64,000 nucleotides of DNA from Octopus sinensis (taxonomy: Eukaryota), in NCBI RefSeq assembly GCF_006345805.1, contig NC_042997.1:131316001-131380000 (forward strand), given 5' to 3'. The notes under the pieces are model-generated. The model saw only the letters and a list, made by a program, of their open reading frames with translations. It had not been told where the DNA came from and did not search any database. Positions 1-11,529 of this stretch are shown here, piece by piece; position 1 is the first letter of the stretch; each line of letters begins with the position of its first letter. Made by a program: the position numbers and the translations under genes.

Positions 1-1004
1 AATAAATGCCTCAAAGCATATTTTCTGTACTCCTTGACTTCTCTACCTTCTCTAGTGTGAAATGCTCACAATAATAATAATGATAATAAAGCTATTTGTT
101 GTAATATAATAAGAAAATGAATTTGAAAACTGGTTTGGTTTCAGTTCATTTGTGGTGCATATATATATATATATATGCTTACACACACACACACACACAC
201 ACACACTCACTATGTATATACATATTTCTGTTCTGAAGGCAAGGTAAACTCTGATATTTGAAATCAGAACATTAAGTTGCAAACTAAATGCCATGAAGTA
301 TTGAGACCAATCTTCCACGTCTACTCTCTGCCTCAACACTCATCTAATGATGGAAATAAGTCATTCTAAATCAAATGTGACATTTTAGCAAGTCAAACTT
401 GATTTACCCAATTGCCTTAATACAGTTTCAACTGAAGTTTCAGAAGTCTTGCTGTAAGGCATTGGTGTCTATAACTATCTTTATGTAACATTTGTAACCC
501 ATAGAAAGAAACAGTAATGAATATATCTTATATAATCTAATAAGCTGAGTAAATAATAAAGTGGATTCCACTAGATCGTTTTCACTTGTTGCTTGAAATT
601 AGATTATCTCCCTTCTTTAATTTACCTAACAATTACTGAGATTATTCAAAACAGCTTTCCTGATTACAGAACTCCTTCCCTATAAATTTCCTTTTCCTGA
701 AGGTTAAAGTTATTAAATTCAATTGTATTTGTATTACTGAAGTAATGTTTTACATAACATGAATGTTTCTGAATGATGTTTCAGCTGTGATAATGATAAA
801 TAATTGCAAAAAATAGACTGGGGGGAGTCAGCAAGTAACACCAAAACTTTAAGCACTTTAACATAGTTTTAACTTGATAGACAACAAGCTGGATGCAGTC
901 AGGCACTGTTGATCCCATAGTTTCCCCTTCTTTCCATCATCTTTGTTGCATCTCACTCTGGCTCCACACTTAAAGCACTATACCCTGTGGTCATTCATTT
1001 CCAG

Positions 1005-1034
1005 AATTTTGAGGCCCCTCAAATTTACTCTCCC
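1005..1034 (+). CDS. Candidate 30-nt micro-exon (NFEAPQIYSP), unverified
   Basis: Acceptor tcattcatttccAG, 30 nt open in phase 0, donor GTGAGT. No homology recognised. Confidence 0.2.
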
Positions 1035-1102
1035 GTGAGTGTGTTGCTCTGTTGGTGTTGACTTGCAAAGATTCAGAAGGAACAGTAATCGCATCAATCT
1101 CG

Positions 1103-1288
1103 AGGTGCAGGAGTGGCTGTGTGGTAAGTAGCTTGCTTACCAACCACATGGTTCCGGGTTCAGTCCCACTGCGTGGCACCTTGGGCAAGAGTCTTGTACT
1201 ATAACTTCAGGCCGACCAAAGCCTTGTGAGTGGATTTGGTAGACGGAAACTGGAAGAAGCCCGTCGTATATGTATGTATGTATGTGTA

Positions 1289-1319
<31 letters not shown>

Positions 1320-1523
1320 ATATGTGTTTGTTTGTGTTTGTCCCCCCAACATCGCTTGACAACCGATGCTGGTGTGTTTACATCCCCGTAACTTAGTGGT
1401 TCAGCATAAGAGACCAATAGAATAAGAATAAGCTCTGATGTCAATTTGCTCAACTATAAAGGCAGTGCTCCAGCATGGCCGCAGTCAAATGACTGAAACA
1501 AGTAAAAGAGTAAAAAGAGAGTA
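1103..1523 (+). mobile_element. tRNA-derived SINE family A, near full length
   Basis: Head GGAGTGGCTGTGTGGTAAG...GGTTCAGTCCC with A/B-box-like motifs, central (TA)n/(TG)n, tail (TAAAAGAG)n. The same sequence recurs at least 10 times in the window. Confidence 0.9.
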
Positions 1524-1877
1524 ACAAGTTTCAAAACAGTCATCTATCATGATTTCATGTGTATTTTTACTGGTTTCAAAAAGTTGAATGTTATGTTGTT
1601 GCAAAAAAGCATAAGGATACAGTATAAAGACTGTTTTAATTTTAGTTTATAATTTGGCTTTTTTTTTCCCCGCTTTAATAATGCCCCATTGATTAGTAAT
1701 ACCGTAACTAATAACTTATATTGGCATTTGGAAGGGTGTCCAGTCATAGAAAGCATGCCAAGCTGACACAGTTCGTTGGATCCTGTCAAACCATCCAGCC
1801 CTTGCTAGCATGGGAAACAGATTTTGAACAATGATGATTTTAGGTACCAAAACAGAAAATGAAAACAGACACCAAAC

Positions 1878-2330
1878 ATCATCGTTCATCATCATTTAAC
1901 ATCCGCCTTCCATGCTAGCATGGGTGGGACAGTTTCACAAGAGCTGGCCAGGCAGAAGCCTGCACCAGACTTCTGTGACTGTTTTGGTAGGAATTTTACA
2001 GCTGGATGCCCTTCTTAGCACCAACCACTCAGCAGAGTTGACTTAGTGCTTTTTACGTGGCACAAGCACAGGTGAGGTCTGTTTTGGCAAGGCTTTTACT
2101 GCTGGATGCCCTTCTGAACACCAACCACTTTACAGTGTGGACTGGGTGCTTTTAAGTGGCACCTGCACTGACAGGGTCACCAAGTACTTGCAAGACAAAA
2201 AAAAACAACTTTAGAGAGGGGCATTGGAGACAGTGATCTTGTGTTGGATGATGAAAGGTTATAGTGAAACAGAAACAGGTGTCTTGTTGTAGAGAAAGTA
2301 CAAGGTTGCACAGCTAGAGAGAATGAGAGA
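1878..2330 (-). mobile_element. SINE family B (CAT/GAT-tailed), diverged copy
   Basis: catcatttaacatccgccttccatgctagcatggg...ctggatgcccttc matches copies at 4030, 22263 and 47901. Right boundary approximate. Confidence 0.75.
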
Positions 2331-3491
2331 GATAGAGAGAGCGAGTGATCAGGAATGAAGACAGAATCAGGTGCATTACAGTAATGTAAATACATGGTTA
2401 CCCAACCTGAGGGAAGTGCAGAAGAAGGATCAAAAGAATGGGAGACAGCAGGATAGAGATGGTGACAAAATGCCAAGCATACTCACAAGGGATGGGGATC
2501 AGAATATAAATGGGTTGAATGAGTAAAGGAAGAGATATATATAGATGGTAGCAAGTACCAGGGCATACCCTCGAGGTTCAAATGCCATAATATGTAGCAA
2601 ACAAATTTCTGAAGAGTTTTTTTTTTTTTTTTTTCAATGTAAACATCTAATAGAATTTATGGATTGAAAGGAAAAATACTAAATAAGCTTGGAAGGTAAC
2701 TACTCTAGCCTGGATTAGGTCTAGAGATAGCATTTTCTCTGCCCCCTCCTTTTATATTAAAAGATTTTGTTTCAAAGGGAAAAAGCTCTGTACTTCTTCG
2801 CTATTTCATTATATTGGCCATAAGGCCTTACACAGAAAAAGGAAGCTGCAGGCTGGACGTAGACATAATGTTATATGAAATGAAAATGATGATTAATGGG
2901 GGAAAAAACGATACCTGCTGATTGTTTTTTCCCGGGGACATTGATCTCTTGTATATTGTTCATGAGGCAACAAATCTCTACACTGTTCACAATATTCAAT
3001 AATAAAATTCAGTAACAAAACGAGGCACTAAGCCTCTTACCTTTCTTTCCAAATTTGGAACTTTCAATAATACTGAGGCTTTTCAACCTCTGTACTTCAT
3101 GTAAAACTCCTTTTGGAGTGGACTGGCTTCAAGGATGATTGAGATGATTTTCAATGCAAGTGTGCACATGTGTGAGCATGCATACATCTAAGTATGTATA
3201 TAGGTAATTATAGATGTATGTATACATAAATACACACTTATACATACACATCTATTTTGGTTATTTCTGAAGTGATAGGGATCCTGGAAAGAAAGACAGT
3301 TATTCAGAATTAGAATTGTAGGATCAAGAATATATAGTGTTTATAATTTTAATTACTAGTTTCATTATAAGAGTCTGAGAGAAGGTTACCAGAAATGTCA
3401 AAGCAAAATATAATTTGAGAGTTGTATCTTTTATAAAAGCATTTTTCACGCTTTATAGCCTTTGTGATTCTATTGGATCCTTTAGTTTCAG

Positions 3492-3551
3492 GTGAGGACT
3501 CCCAAAAAGAGAAAAGGAGATACTTTTGGACTGTTAGGGCCAGAACCTCAG
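3492..3551 (+). CDS. Candidate 60-nt exon (VRTPKKRKGDTFGLLGPEPQ), unverified
   Basis: tttagtttcAG acceptor, CAG|GTAAAT donor, phase 0-0, compatible with the micro-exon at 1005. Confidence 0.25.
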
Positions 3552-4029
3552 GTAAATTTATCTTGGTGTGTCTGTGTGAAATAATATTGTATTATCTACT
3601 ACATATGTTATTGTTTCCTCCATGTTTTGAGGTGATTTTATTAATTTGGTTTGTTTGATATTTCCACCTTACTGATATAACTTTCTTCCCCATTATGTGT
3701 CACCCAGAGGTATTCAAGTCCATCCATTCTTTGTTAACTGGAACATTAAACTCTACTGTAGTCAATGGACAAATGTCAAAGATTAGGTGTGAGTTGGTCT
3801 TGGCTGAACATCAGAGATTAGTTAGTGTTCTTACTATGACCATATTTTATTAGAGATATGTTGATATGCTGTCCTACAATTATTTTTAAACGTAAAGTCT
3901 TTATTTCAAATATACTTGTTATACCTGTTCAGATTGCAATTAAAAAGTTTTTACACTCGTATTGATAGGCTCTTAATTCTTGAACTTTATCCTGTTCTAA
4001 ATGCAATTTCAGGCTTTAAGACAATTAGT

Positions 4030-4248
4030 CGTTTAACGTCTGCTTTCCATGCTAGCATGGGTTGGACAATTTGACTGAAGTCTGGCAAACCAGATGGCTG
4101 CACCAGATGCCAACCACTCTGAGAGTGTAGTGGGTGCTTTTACATGCCACTGGCACAAGGGCCAGTCAGGTGGTACTGGCAACAGCCACGCTCAAATGGT
4201 GCCTTTTATGTGCCACTTGCACAGGAGCCAGTCCAGTGGCACTGGCAA
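4030..4248 (-). mobile_element. SINE family B, partial
   Basis: gtttaacgtctgctttccatgctagcatgggttggac...gccaaccactctgagagtgtagtggg, near-identical to the reverse complement of 22263-22540. Confidence 0.85.
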
Positions 4249-4860
4249 ATTTTTAGAAATAAGGCATAGTATAATTGATTTATTAAAATTCAAGTTTTAT
4301 GTCGATTAACATTTTATGTAATGATTTCAGGATTCTGTTTGTATTAATTTTATGTAAAAAAGATATTCTTTTGATATTTTGTTGCATGTATTTCTACAGT
4401 ATGCATTTCTGCTGCATGTATGTGTATTTTCTCAATTTGTTGTTTCATCCATTTACTAAACAAGAAAAGGTAACAATGGTCAAAATTACTATTTCAATTG
4501 ATTCATAGTTCAGAGATTTTGAGAAATACATGTCCTTGTTTTTGTGTGTTGGTGGTCTACTCTGATTTTGACAAATAGCGATGTTTGAATAAAAATTTTA
4601 ATAATTTTATATTTTGTTGAATTTACCTGTATCTACCTGCAATTAGAGTCACTTTGTGACGAAAATTATGGTATAAAATTGGTTGAGAACCTTTCGTTAA
4701 ATTATCTTCCAAAAATCACTTTAATATATTGATAAATAAAAAAAGTTATAGTTGTTTAATGAAACCAGACTAAATTTATGATTGTTAAAAATTAATTGAA
4801 ACATATAAGGGGTGTATTTTGGTTAGAAATATAGTAAAGAAAGGGTTAAGCCCTTTGTTC

Positions 4861-5266
4861 CCTATGAAGCATAGGCCATTGATAACTCTTCTCCACTGTT
4901 CTTCACTCTGGGCTGTCTTCTCTGCTTCATTCCAGTCAGATATCTGATTTTTTCAGCTCTACCTCAGTATCCTGCCTCCAACTATTTTTAAGGCTTCTCC
5001 TCTTCTGTTTCCCTTGTGGGATCATAAGTGTCCCTGAGGGAAGGCCTTCCTCTCCCACATCTTGTTGGTTTTGAATTGTCATCAATGCTTCTGTAACTGC
5101 TTTTCCTAAGACAAGTAGATTGGCCTTAGGCAAACCAATTTTTACCTCTGGGAAAAGGTGGTCCATATTAGTCTGGCCTCTACCCTGTCCAGCATAGGAG
5201 GTGCTACCAGGTGTTTTTGCATTCAGGGTCATTGAGGCACATAAGCTACCACACTGCAACAAGGAC
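4861..5266 (-). mobile_element. Internally deleted RTE-clade LINE (5' end joined to 3' end)
   Basis: The minus strand begins CCTTGTTGCAGTG...GACCCTGA...GGGTAGAGGCCAGACTAA (RTE 5'-UTR-like) and ends in PQGKQKRRSLKNSWRQDTEVELKK, matching the RTE C-terminal PQGKRKRGRPxxTWRR motif. Confidence 0.7.
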
Positions 5267-5729
5267 TGGACCTAATTAAATTTGTTTTTGGTAACATAAA
5301 TTTTAATGGTTTGATAATGTTTGATAATGTTATTGTGTTACAGCCTTTCATCAAGATACTCTGGAATATATCAACACATATATTTTCTTTATCAGGTGGT
5401 AATTTAGAAATGTTACCTGTTCAATAGAATGTTTCTCTCCAGTCAAAGTATCTGCTTCATTATTAGAGGCAGTCATCATGAAATTGAAGTACCAAACAGT
5501 TGTGTTGTCTTTGAACAAGTTGTTAAACAGCATTTCTCAATATATCTACCAGACACAAAACAGGTTTCACTCCCTGTTTCACAGTTGAATGGTCAGTGGT
5601 GGTAGACAATGTGTCCAGCTGTAAAATCAATTGCTCCAGCACAACTTATGGAAAAAAAAATGAATATAAAAATTATATGCAACATATATAAGTAAAACTA
5701 TTTTTTTTTAAAGTTCATATCCCTTACAC

Positions 5730-6400
5730 ATTTTACTTACATGCACACTCATGGCCACATATAGATGCATTCATATAAACATGCATGTATACACATGTGC
5801 TTATGTGTACAGACATGCACAAACATGTGTGCACATCCACATATGATCAGCATGTACATCTACATGTACAACTGTATATACATGCATATTTGCGCATGTA
5901 CAGGCACACATGCATGCATGCACTCACACTTATCCAGACACAAATACACACACATATAGACACATTCTCACACACACACACACACACACATGCATCCACA
6001 TGTGCTTCCACACATCCACATGCACACATCCATGCATATGCACGTCCATGCACACATGCCCTTGCACATGCACACACACACAACCACACTTGTGCACATC
6101 TACACTGATGCACATCTACACACACACACACTCACACAGAAACGTGCACATTTGCACACACACACACACATACACCCATAATCTGCACACATACACACAA
6201 TCTGTACACAGACACTTACACACATCTGCATACATATCTACACACACCTACTCTCTCACATACACACATCTACACACTCATACACACACTTGTGCACATC
6301 TGCACACACACATACACATCTGTACACATATACCTATACACAACTCTCATACACACACACACACACTCTCATACACATCTACACACACACTCACTCACAC
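5730..6400. repeat. Degenerate CA/CAT-rich low-complexity tract
   Basis: Imperfect cacacat/atctacac units. Explains the H/T-rich ORFs in the track. Confidence 0.9.
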
Positions 6401-6829
6401 ATTTGAGAAAATGAAATGTTTAACTCTAAAAATACTAAAATCCTGTAAATGAATTTAAAAAAAATATTGCAATAAATAAATGAATGAAAATAAATTTAAA
6501 TACTGGTTGTGTAAATTTTGGCCAGACATCTTTCATTGATTAATGGAAATTGATTAATGGAATGAAAATTATTTTATTTTTATTCAGTTTGTTTACTTTT
6601 GAATTTTTTGTTTTGTTTAAATTTTCTTGTATTTTTCTGCAAGGCTCAGAACCTTTTCACCAAAAACATAAAAATTAAATCTCACTTATTTATCATTATA
6701 TATTTTTATTATTATTATTATCATCATTATTATTATTATTTCTATCATCATTATTATCATTATTATTATTTATTATTATATATTTTTAGTTTATCTTGAT
6801 TTGATTTCTCTCCCTTCCACTATTGCTGT

Positions 6830-7050
6830 ATCAGTCACGTCTGTAAACAGTTCGTTTATGAGAGTGATTTCCTGGGGGTGTTTGAAGGGGGAAAGAAGGA
6901 AAGAGAAGGGTGTAAAGATGCAACCGTTGCTAACGAAGGGGAAATAACTTCATTGCTAGAGAGGACCTACTTAATTACCTTATTTAACTTGTAGGGTGGA
7001 CGCGGGGGATATATAAAAACATAGTTTTAGTAACTCTGTTTCAGCTTAAG
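6830..7050 (+). promoter_or_regulatory. Possible core promoter (CpG cluster, G-rich element, TATA box)
   Basis: Six CpGs in ~190 bp; GGGTGGACGCGGGGG directly upstream of TATATAAA (7010-7017); TCAGC about 30 nt downstream. Confidence 0.2.
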
Positions 7051-7208
7051 AGGAATGGCATACCGCAATAACTTGACTAGCTGAAAATAACGGCTTCATT
7101 TCCTGTGAATCAGACTGATTAAAAAAAAAAAAAAAAAAAAAAAGGAAATACCATTGAAAAACGTAGTCAGAGATAATAAGAAAAAAAAATAGATATAAAG
7201 TTGCAGAC

Positions 7209-7560
7209 ATGGCTGTGTGATTAAGAAGCTTGCTTTGTAACAACATGGTCTAAGGTTCAGTCCCACTGCGTGCACCTTTTCCAAATGTCTCCTATTATAG
7301 CCCCTGGTCAATTACTATATTGAGTGAATTTGGTTGATGGAGATTGTGCAGAAGCCCATTGTGTGTGTACATGTTTGTGTCAGTGTTTGTCCCTCAACCC
7401 CGCTTGTCAAATGATGTTGGTTTGTTTATATCTCTGTAAATTACTGGTTTTGCAAGAGACTGAAAAATTGCAAATTTAAAGGATTAAATACTGGGGTTGA
7501 TCTGTTCAACTAAAACCTTTTAAAGTGGTCATTATCCAATGACTGAAACACACAAAAGAT
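7209..7560 (+). mobile_element. SINE family A, old diverged copy
   Basis: catggctgtgtgattaagaagcttgct...gttcagtcccactgcgtg...aatgactgaaac. Confidence 0.75.
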
Positions 7561-7839
7561 ATAATCAAAGAGGAACACCTTGACCATTAGTGACCTGTGG
7601 TTAAACAACAGCTGATTTTCATGGAAGTTGTCAAGGAAAGGTGGAGAGATGGGTTACGTTTTAGGAGATATTTATTGCTGTTACTGTCACTCTAAACTCA
7701 ATTTTAGAAGTGAAACCTGGGCAAAATAAGGCAAGTTATACGCCTTGTGAGAGATCACTGCTGCATATAATGCCTGATAAGATTTTAAACACTGACCACA
7801 CACACAATCCTGTACACACATGTGATCAATAGCCTAGAT

Positions 7840-8260
7840 ACTATGTGTATGTGTCCGTTTGTCTGTCTGCCTTGCATGTTGTGTATGTGTGTCTGTTTGT
7901 GTGTGTGTGTGTATGTTGTGCATGTGTATCTCTTGTGTGTGTGTCTGTCTTTTGTGTCTCTGTTGAGTGTGTGTGTGTGTGTTGTGTCTGTTGCATGTGT
8001 GTGCATGTTGTGTCTGTTGTGTGCCTGTTGTCTGTTGCGTGTGTGTTGTGTTTGAATTTGTGTGTGTTGTGTTAGAGTTTGTGTGTGTGTGTTGTGACTG
8101 TTATGACTGTTCTGTTTGTGTGTGTGTGTTCTGTCTGTAGTGTGTGTTGCATCTGTCTGTTGTGTGTGTTATGACTGTTCTATGTTTGTGCTGTGAAATG
8201 TTATGACTGTTCTGTGTGTGTATTGTCTTTGCATGTTTTGTGTGTCTGTGTGTGTCTATA
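7840..8260. repeat. Degenerate TG/TGTC/GTT-rich tract
   Basis: Imperfect gttgtgtctgtt units. Confidence 0.9.
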
Positions 8261-8939
8261 GATAATCTCTCTCACAGAAACCTAACACATCAGGTAGACT
8301 GCTATATAATAATTGCTTGTTGATCTACCTGGATCTACCTCTTAAACTAATTACAGCTACCTCCATAAGTGACTAAAATAAAAACTCCTGACATGAAGAC
8401 AGAGCACTTGTTCAAAATTTCTACTAGCAACAGTAAACCATATAACCAATACTACAGCTATGACATCTTTTGATATGTTTGACTAAATTCACTTACAAAC
8501 AATACTTTCATTATCCTCACCACCATAACAGCTTAAAGTCACACACACACACTTACACACAGAGTACTAATCTATATAAAAGTTTGCACATCATCTTCAT
8601 TGCTGATTATATCTCCCCATTATTTGCTCAGTACTATTAATGGCACATATGTAATACACATGTGTTGAATGTGTGTACCTATGGTTGGTGTATATAATAC
8701 ACGAATGGTGAACATATTCATGTATAGCTTGTATGTGTGTGTGTGTTTATATAAAATATGAATGTATGGTTTGTGTGTACTCGTGTGTATGTATGTCGTT
8801 TCTTATCATCGCCCCCTCCCCACCACACTGATCAATCGTTTCTATCTATCATCTACATCTTCCAGGCTTTTCATCCATCTATTTATGTCTATTATCTCCA
8901 ATTTTAATATTTTAAAACAAATCTTTCTCAAATATTTCT

Positions 8940-9084
8940 TTCCCCTTCTCTCTTCCCTCTTCTTCCATCTTTTCTCTTTTTCTCATTCATATATACATAC
9001 ATACATATATATGTATATATATACACCTTGTTCTCTCATGCTTTTTTCCTTTGTGTTTCTGATGGTGGTCCTTGTTTCTCTCTT

Positions 9085-9116
<32 letters not shown>

Positions 9117-9387
9117 TCTCTTTCTCTTTCTCTCTCTCTTTCTCTCCCTCCCTCTCTCTCTCTCTCTCTCTCTCTATGCTGTTTCTTTTCATTTCTCTCT
9201 TTACTATCTCTCTTTTTCCTTCATCTATTTTTCTTGTCTTCATATTCTCTTCTCTCTCTTTGAAGCCCTCTACATTTCTCTGCTGCTTTTCTTTCTCTCT
9301 CTCTCTCTCTCTCTTTGTACCGTGCTTTCACTTCTTTTCTTATCTTTTTTTTGTTTCCTTCCTATCCCTCACTTTACACCCCGTTTG

Positions 9388-9431
<44 letters not shown>

Positions 9432-9560
9432 GCTTTCTACCTCCTCAATAGTTTTCTCCCCCTGATTTCGTTTTCGTTTCCCCTCCAATCTTTTGTTTAG
9501 ATGTCTCTCTCTCTTTATCACCCTGTCTTCCTTCACTTTCCTCTCACTCAACCCTTCCTT
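8940..9560. repeat. Degenerate (CT)n polypyrimidine tract
   Basis: Long ct/tttctc runs. Explains the S/L-rich and E/R-rich ORFs. Confidence 0.9.
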
Positions 9561-10016
9561 TGTCAATCTAAACCACAGGAAATAAAGATAAAGAAAATCT
9601 TTTGCAATATGTAATGTTTGTAGTTATTTCTGTTAAACTGCAGTTTCATATGCATCACATGGACACCACGATCAATAGAAAATTGTCTTATTGTCTTCTT
9701 CATGGCTGTTCACTTCTCTTTTATATAGCATTCCCTTTCATCTTATCCCTATATAACAGCCCTATTTCTATATATAGCCCCTTTCATACACTCTATACAC
9801 GCGCTTCTATACATGTGTGCAGGCATACATATGTGCAGTGTTTATGTCAGCATTGTGAAGGCTACTGGGAACATGTAACCCAGTACAACCTGTTGCATGG
9901 TTAGATTATCAAGGATTAAACTGGAAACCTCATCAAACTGGCTTGATGAGGAAAATATTTTTTGGACACCCATGAAGGGCGAAAAATAAGACCAATTGAA
10001 GAGTGGAGGAACTCAT

Positions 10017-10358
10017 GAGTTAACAGTTAATTGAGTGCAAATATGCTTCTTTTAAGGCGCTGCTGATTTGTATGTATCCTTTGGCTGGAAAAGCCTAAGA
10101 GAAGGCACTCTGAAATCAAACCTGCAGCTGATGTAGCTAGCTGCTAGTCACCTTGTAGTTCTTGTCACTGTTTCCAACTACCGATACTTTGAGAGTGGAA
10201 TATGTATTGTACAAGCATATGCCACTTTAATTCGATGATGCTCGGAGCTGAGAAAACTAAGGAGAGTACAGGAGGCAGTCAAAAAAGCCAGCTTCTGTAT
10301 ATGGCTGAAGCAGGAGGAAGACCAAAAATGGTTTGAAAGTCATAACATAACGAGGTGA
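10017..10358 (+). mobile_element. Decayed C-terminus of an RLE-type non-LTR retrotransposon (HERO/NeSL-like)
   Basis: ELTV (10017), GWK (10083) and SELRKLRRVQEAVKKASFCIWLKQEEDQKW (to 10331) are all in one frame and in the order of the HERO ELTVPWE...GW...EAAEKASxWxWLKR motifs. Stops lie between them. Confidence 0.55.
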
Positions 10359-10728
10359 GACAAGCTGGCACTGAATTAGCTTTGCTGACTGACAGGTGAC
10401 GGTTGTTTAGAGAATGTGTGGGCTAAGATTACGTGCCTTTATTGGTAAGTTAAAGTTGAGACAGTGTCACGTGACAACTTGCTGGGGCTACCTGCTGGAG
10501 ACTAGCAGCAGGTATTTAAAGGGAAATTTGACAAGACAGTCAGTCATCCACTGACACTCGTTGACACAACATCGAAGAGGCCTGGGAACAGAAGAAAGAA
10601 GACATGCACCCAGCACCAGAGCTGAAGACACATCCGAAAGGGGGGACCCCGCCACGTCAAAACAGTAGAGGAGTAGGGGCTGAAACTGGACATGGTTCCT
10701 CCTGATGATGTCTTGAGCTAACTGGATC

Positions 10729-10980
10729 CTATAAAGAAGCTGTTATGGTAGCAGACCACGAAAAACGTTTGAAATTCCTTCCTTGTCCATCTGGTCCATC
10801 TTTTAAAGTCCTCTGGCTATAGATGAGTGGTAATGTGTGCAGATTTAACCATTTAAAGAAGTTTTGAATCTCATTTTGCATATGTTTGAGGTCGTTCAAG
10901 TCAACTTCTGGTCGTAAGTCATCTTGGAGAACAGATATAGTGGAGATTATCAGGATGAGGTAGATTGAAATGGCCATCAT
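10729..10980 (-). pseudogene. 83-aa ORF, probably a decayed LINE reverse-transcriptase fragment
   Basis: IYL...STISVLQDD...MQNEIQNFFKWLNLHTLPL parallels the CR1/Jockey/L2 pattern IYINDL...LFADD...LQxDLxxLxxW...LN. Alternative reading: a secreted peptide with a hydrophobic N-terminus. Confidence 0.3.
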
Positions 10981-11529
10981 TTAAGATGGTCATCACACAA
11001 ACACGTATATTTGTGCATGTGCATGTGTGTGTGTGTGTGTTTATAAGTTCCAAGCATTGTAGTCCTGCTTCAAGGGTTTAGTTAATTAAATTGTCACCAT
11101 ATTTTAAGTCTGGTACTTATTTTCTCTCTCTCTCTCTCTCCCCCCTCCTGTCTCTTCCTCTCTCCTCTCTGTCTCTTCCTCTCTGTTTCTTCCTCTCTGT
11201 CTCCTCCTCTCTCTTGCCCTCCCTCTCCTTCCCTCCCCAAATTGTATGCTCCTCCAGCATATAACTTGGAGCAAAAACAAAATGTAAATCTGATAATTTT
11301 TGAAGCATGTTATGTCACCTGATGAGGCTCTCTGCATGGTGCATTGCATCTGATGTCATTATATAATCCCACACCCACTAGGGAGCAGTGCTGAAGGGAG
11401 CCAAAACGATTGTTGTGTTAAATAAAACTTCTAGTTATACGCAACAGACACAACATGCAAACAACAGACACAACACGCACACAACACACACACAACAGAC
11501 ACAACATGCACACACATGCAACAGACATA

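Noticed and set aside
52-339. DWSQYFMA, similar to the dCMP deaminase SWDEYFM motif
   Set aside because: A stop lies immediately upstream, there are no further deaminase motifs, and the ORF runs into a microsatellite.
991-1453. Recurring ORFs such as MPKVPRSGTEPGTMWLVSKLL
   Set aside because: These are SINE A translations, repeated at every copy.
5417-5533. Minus-strand ATG exon MLFNNLF...HSIEQ with a GTAACA donor, joinable to ~3120-3039
   Set aside because: No recognisable homology, and it conflicts in strand with the plus-strand candidates. Chance splice signals are common in AT-rich DNA.
5765-9566. H/T-, V/C- and S/L-rich ORFs (up to 229 aa)
   Set aside because: Read-through of CA, TG and CT low-complexity tracts. 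The same applies at 15856-16298 and 23602-24265.
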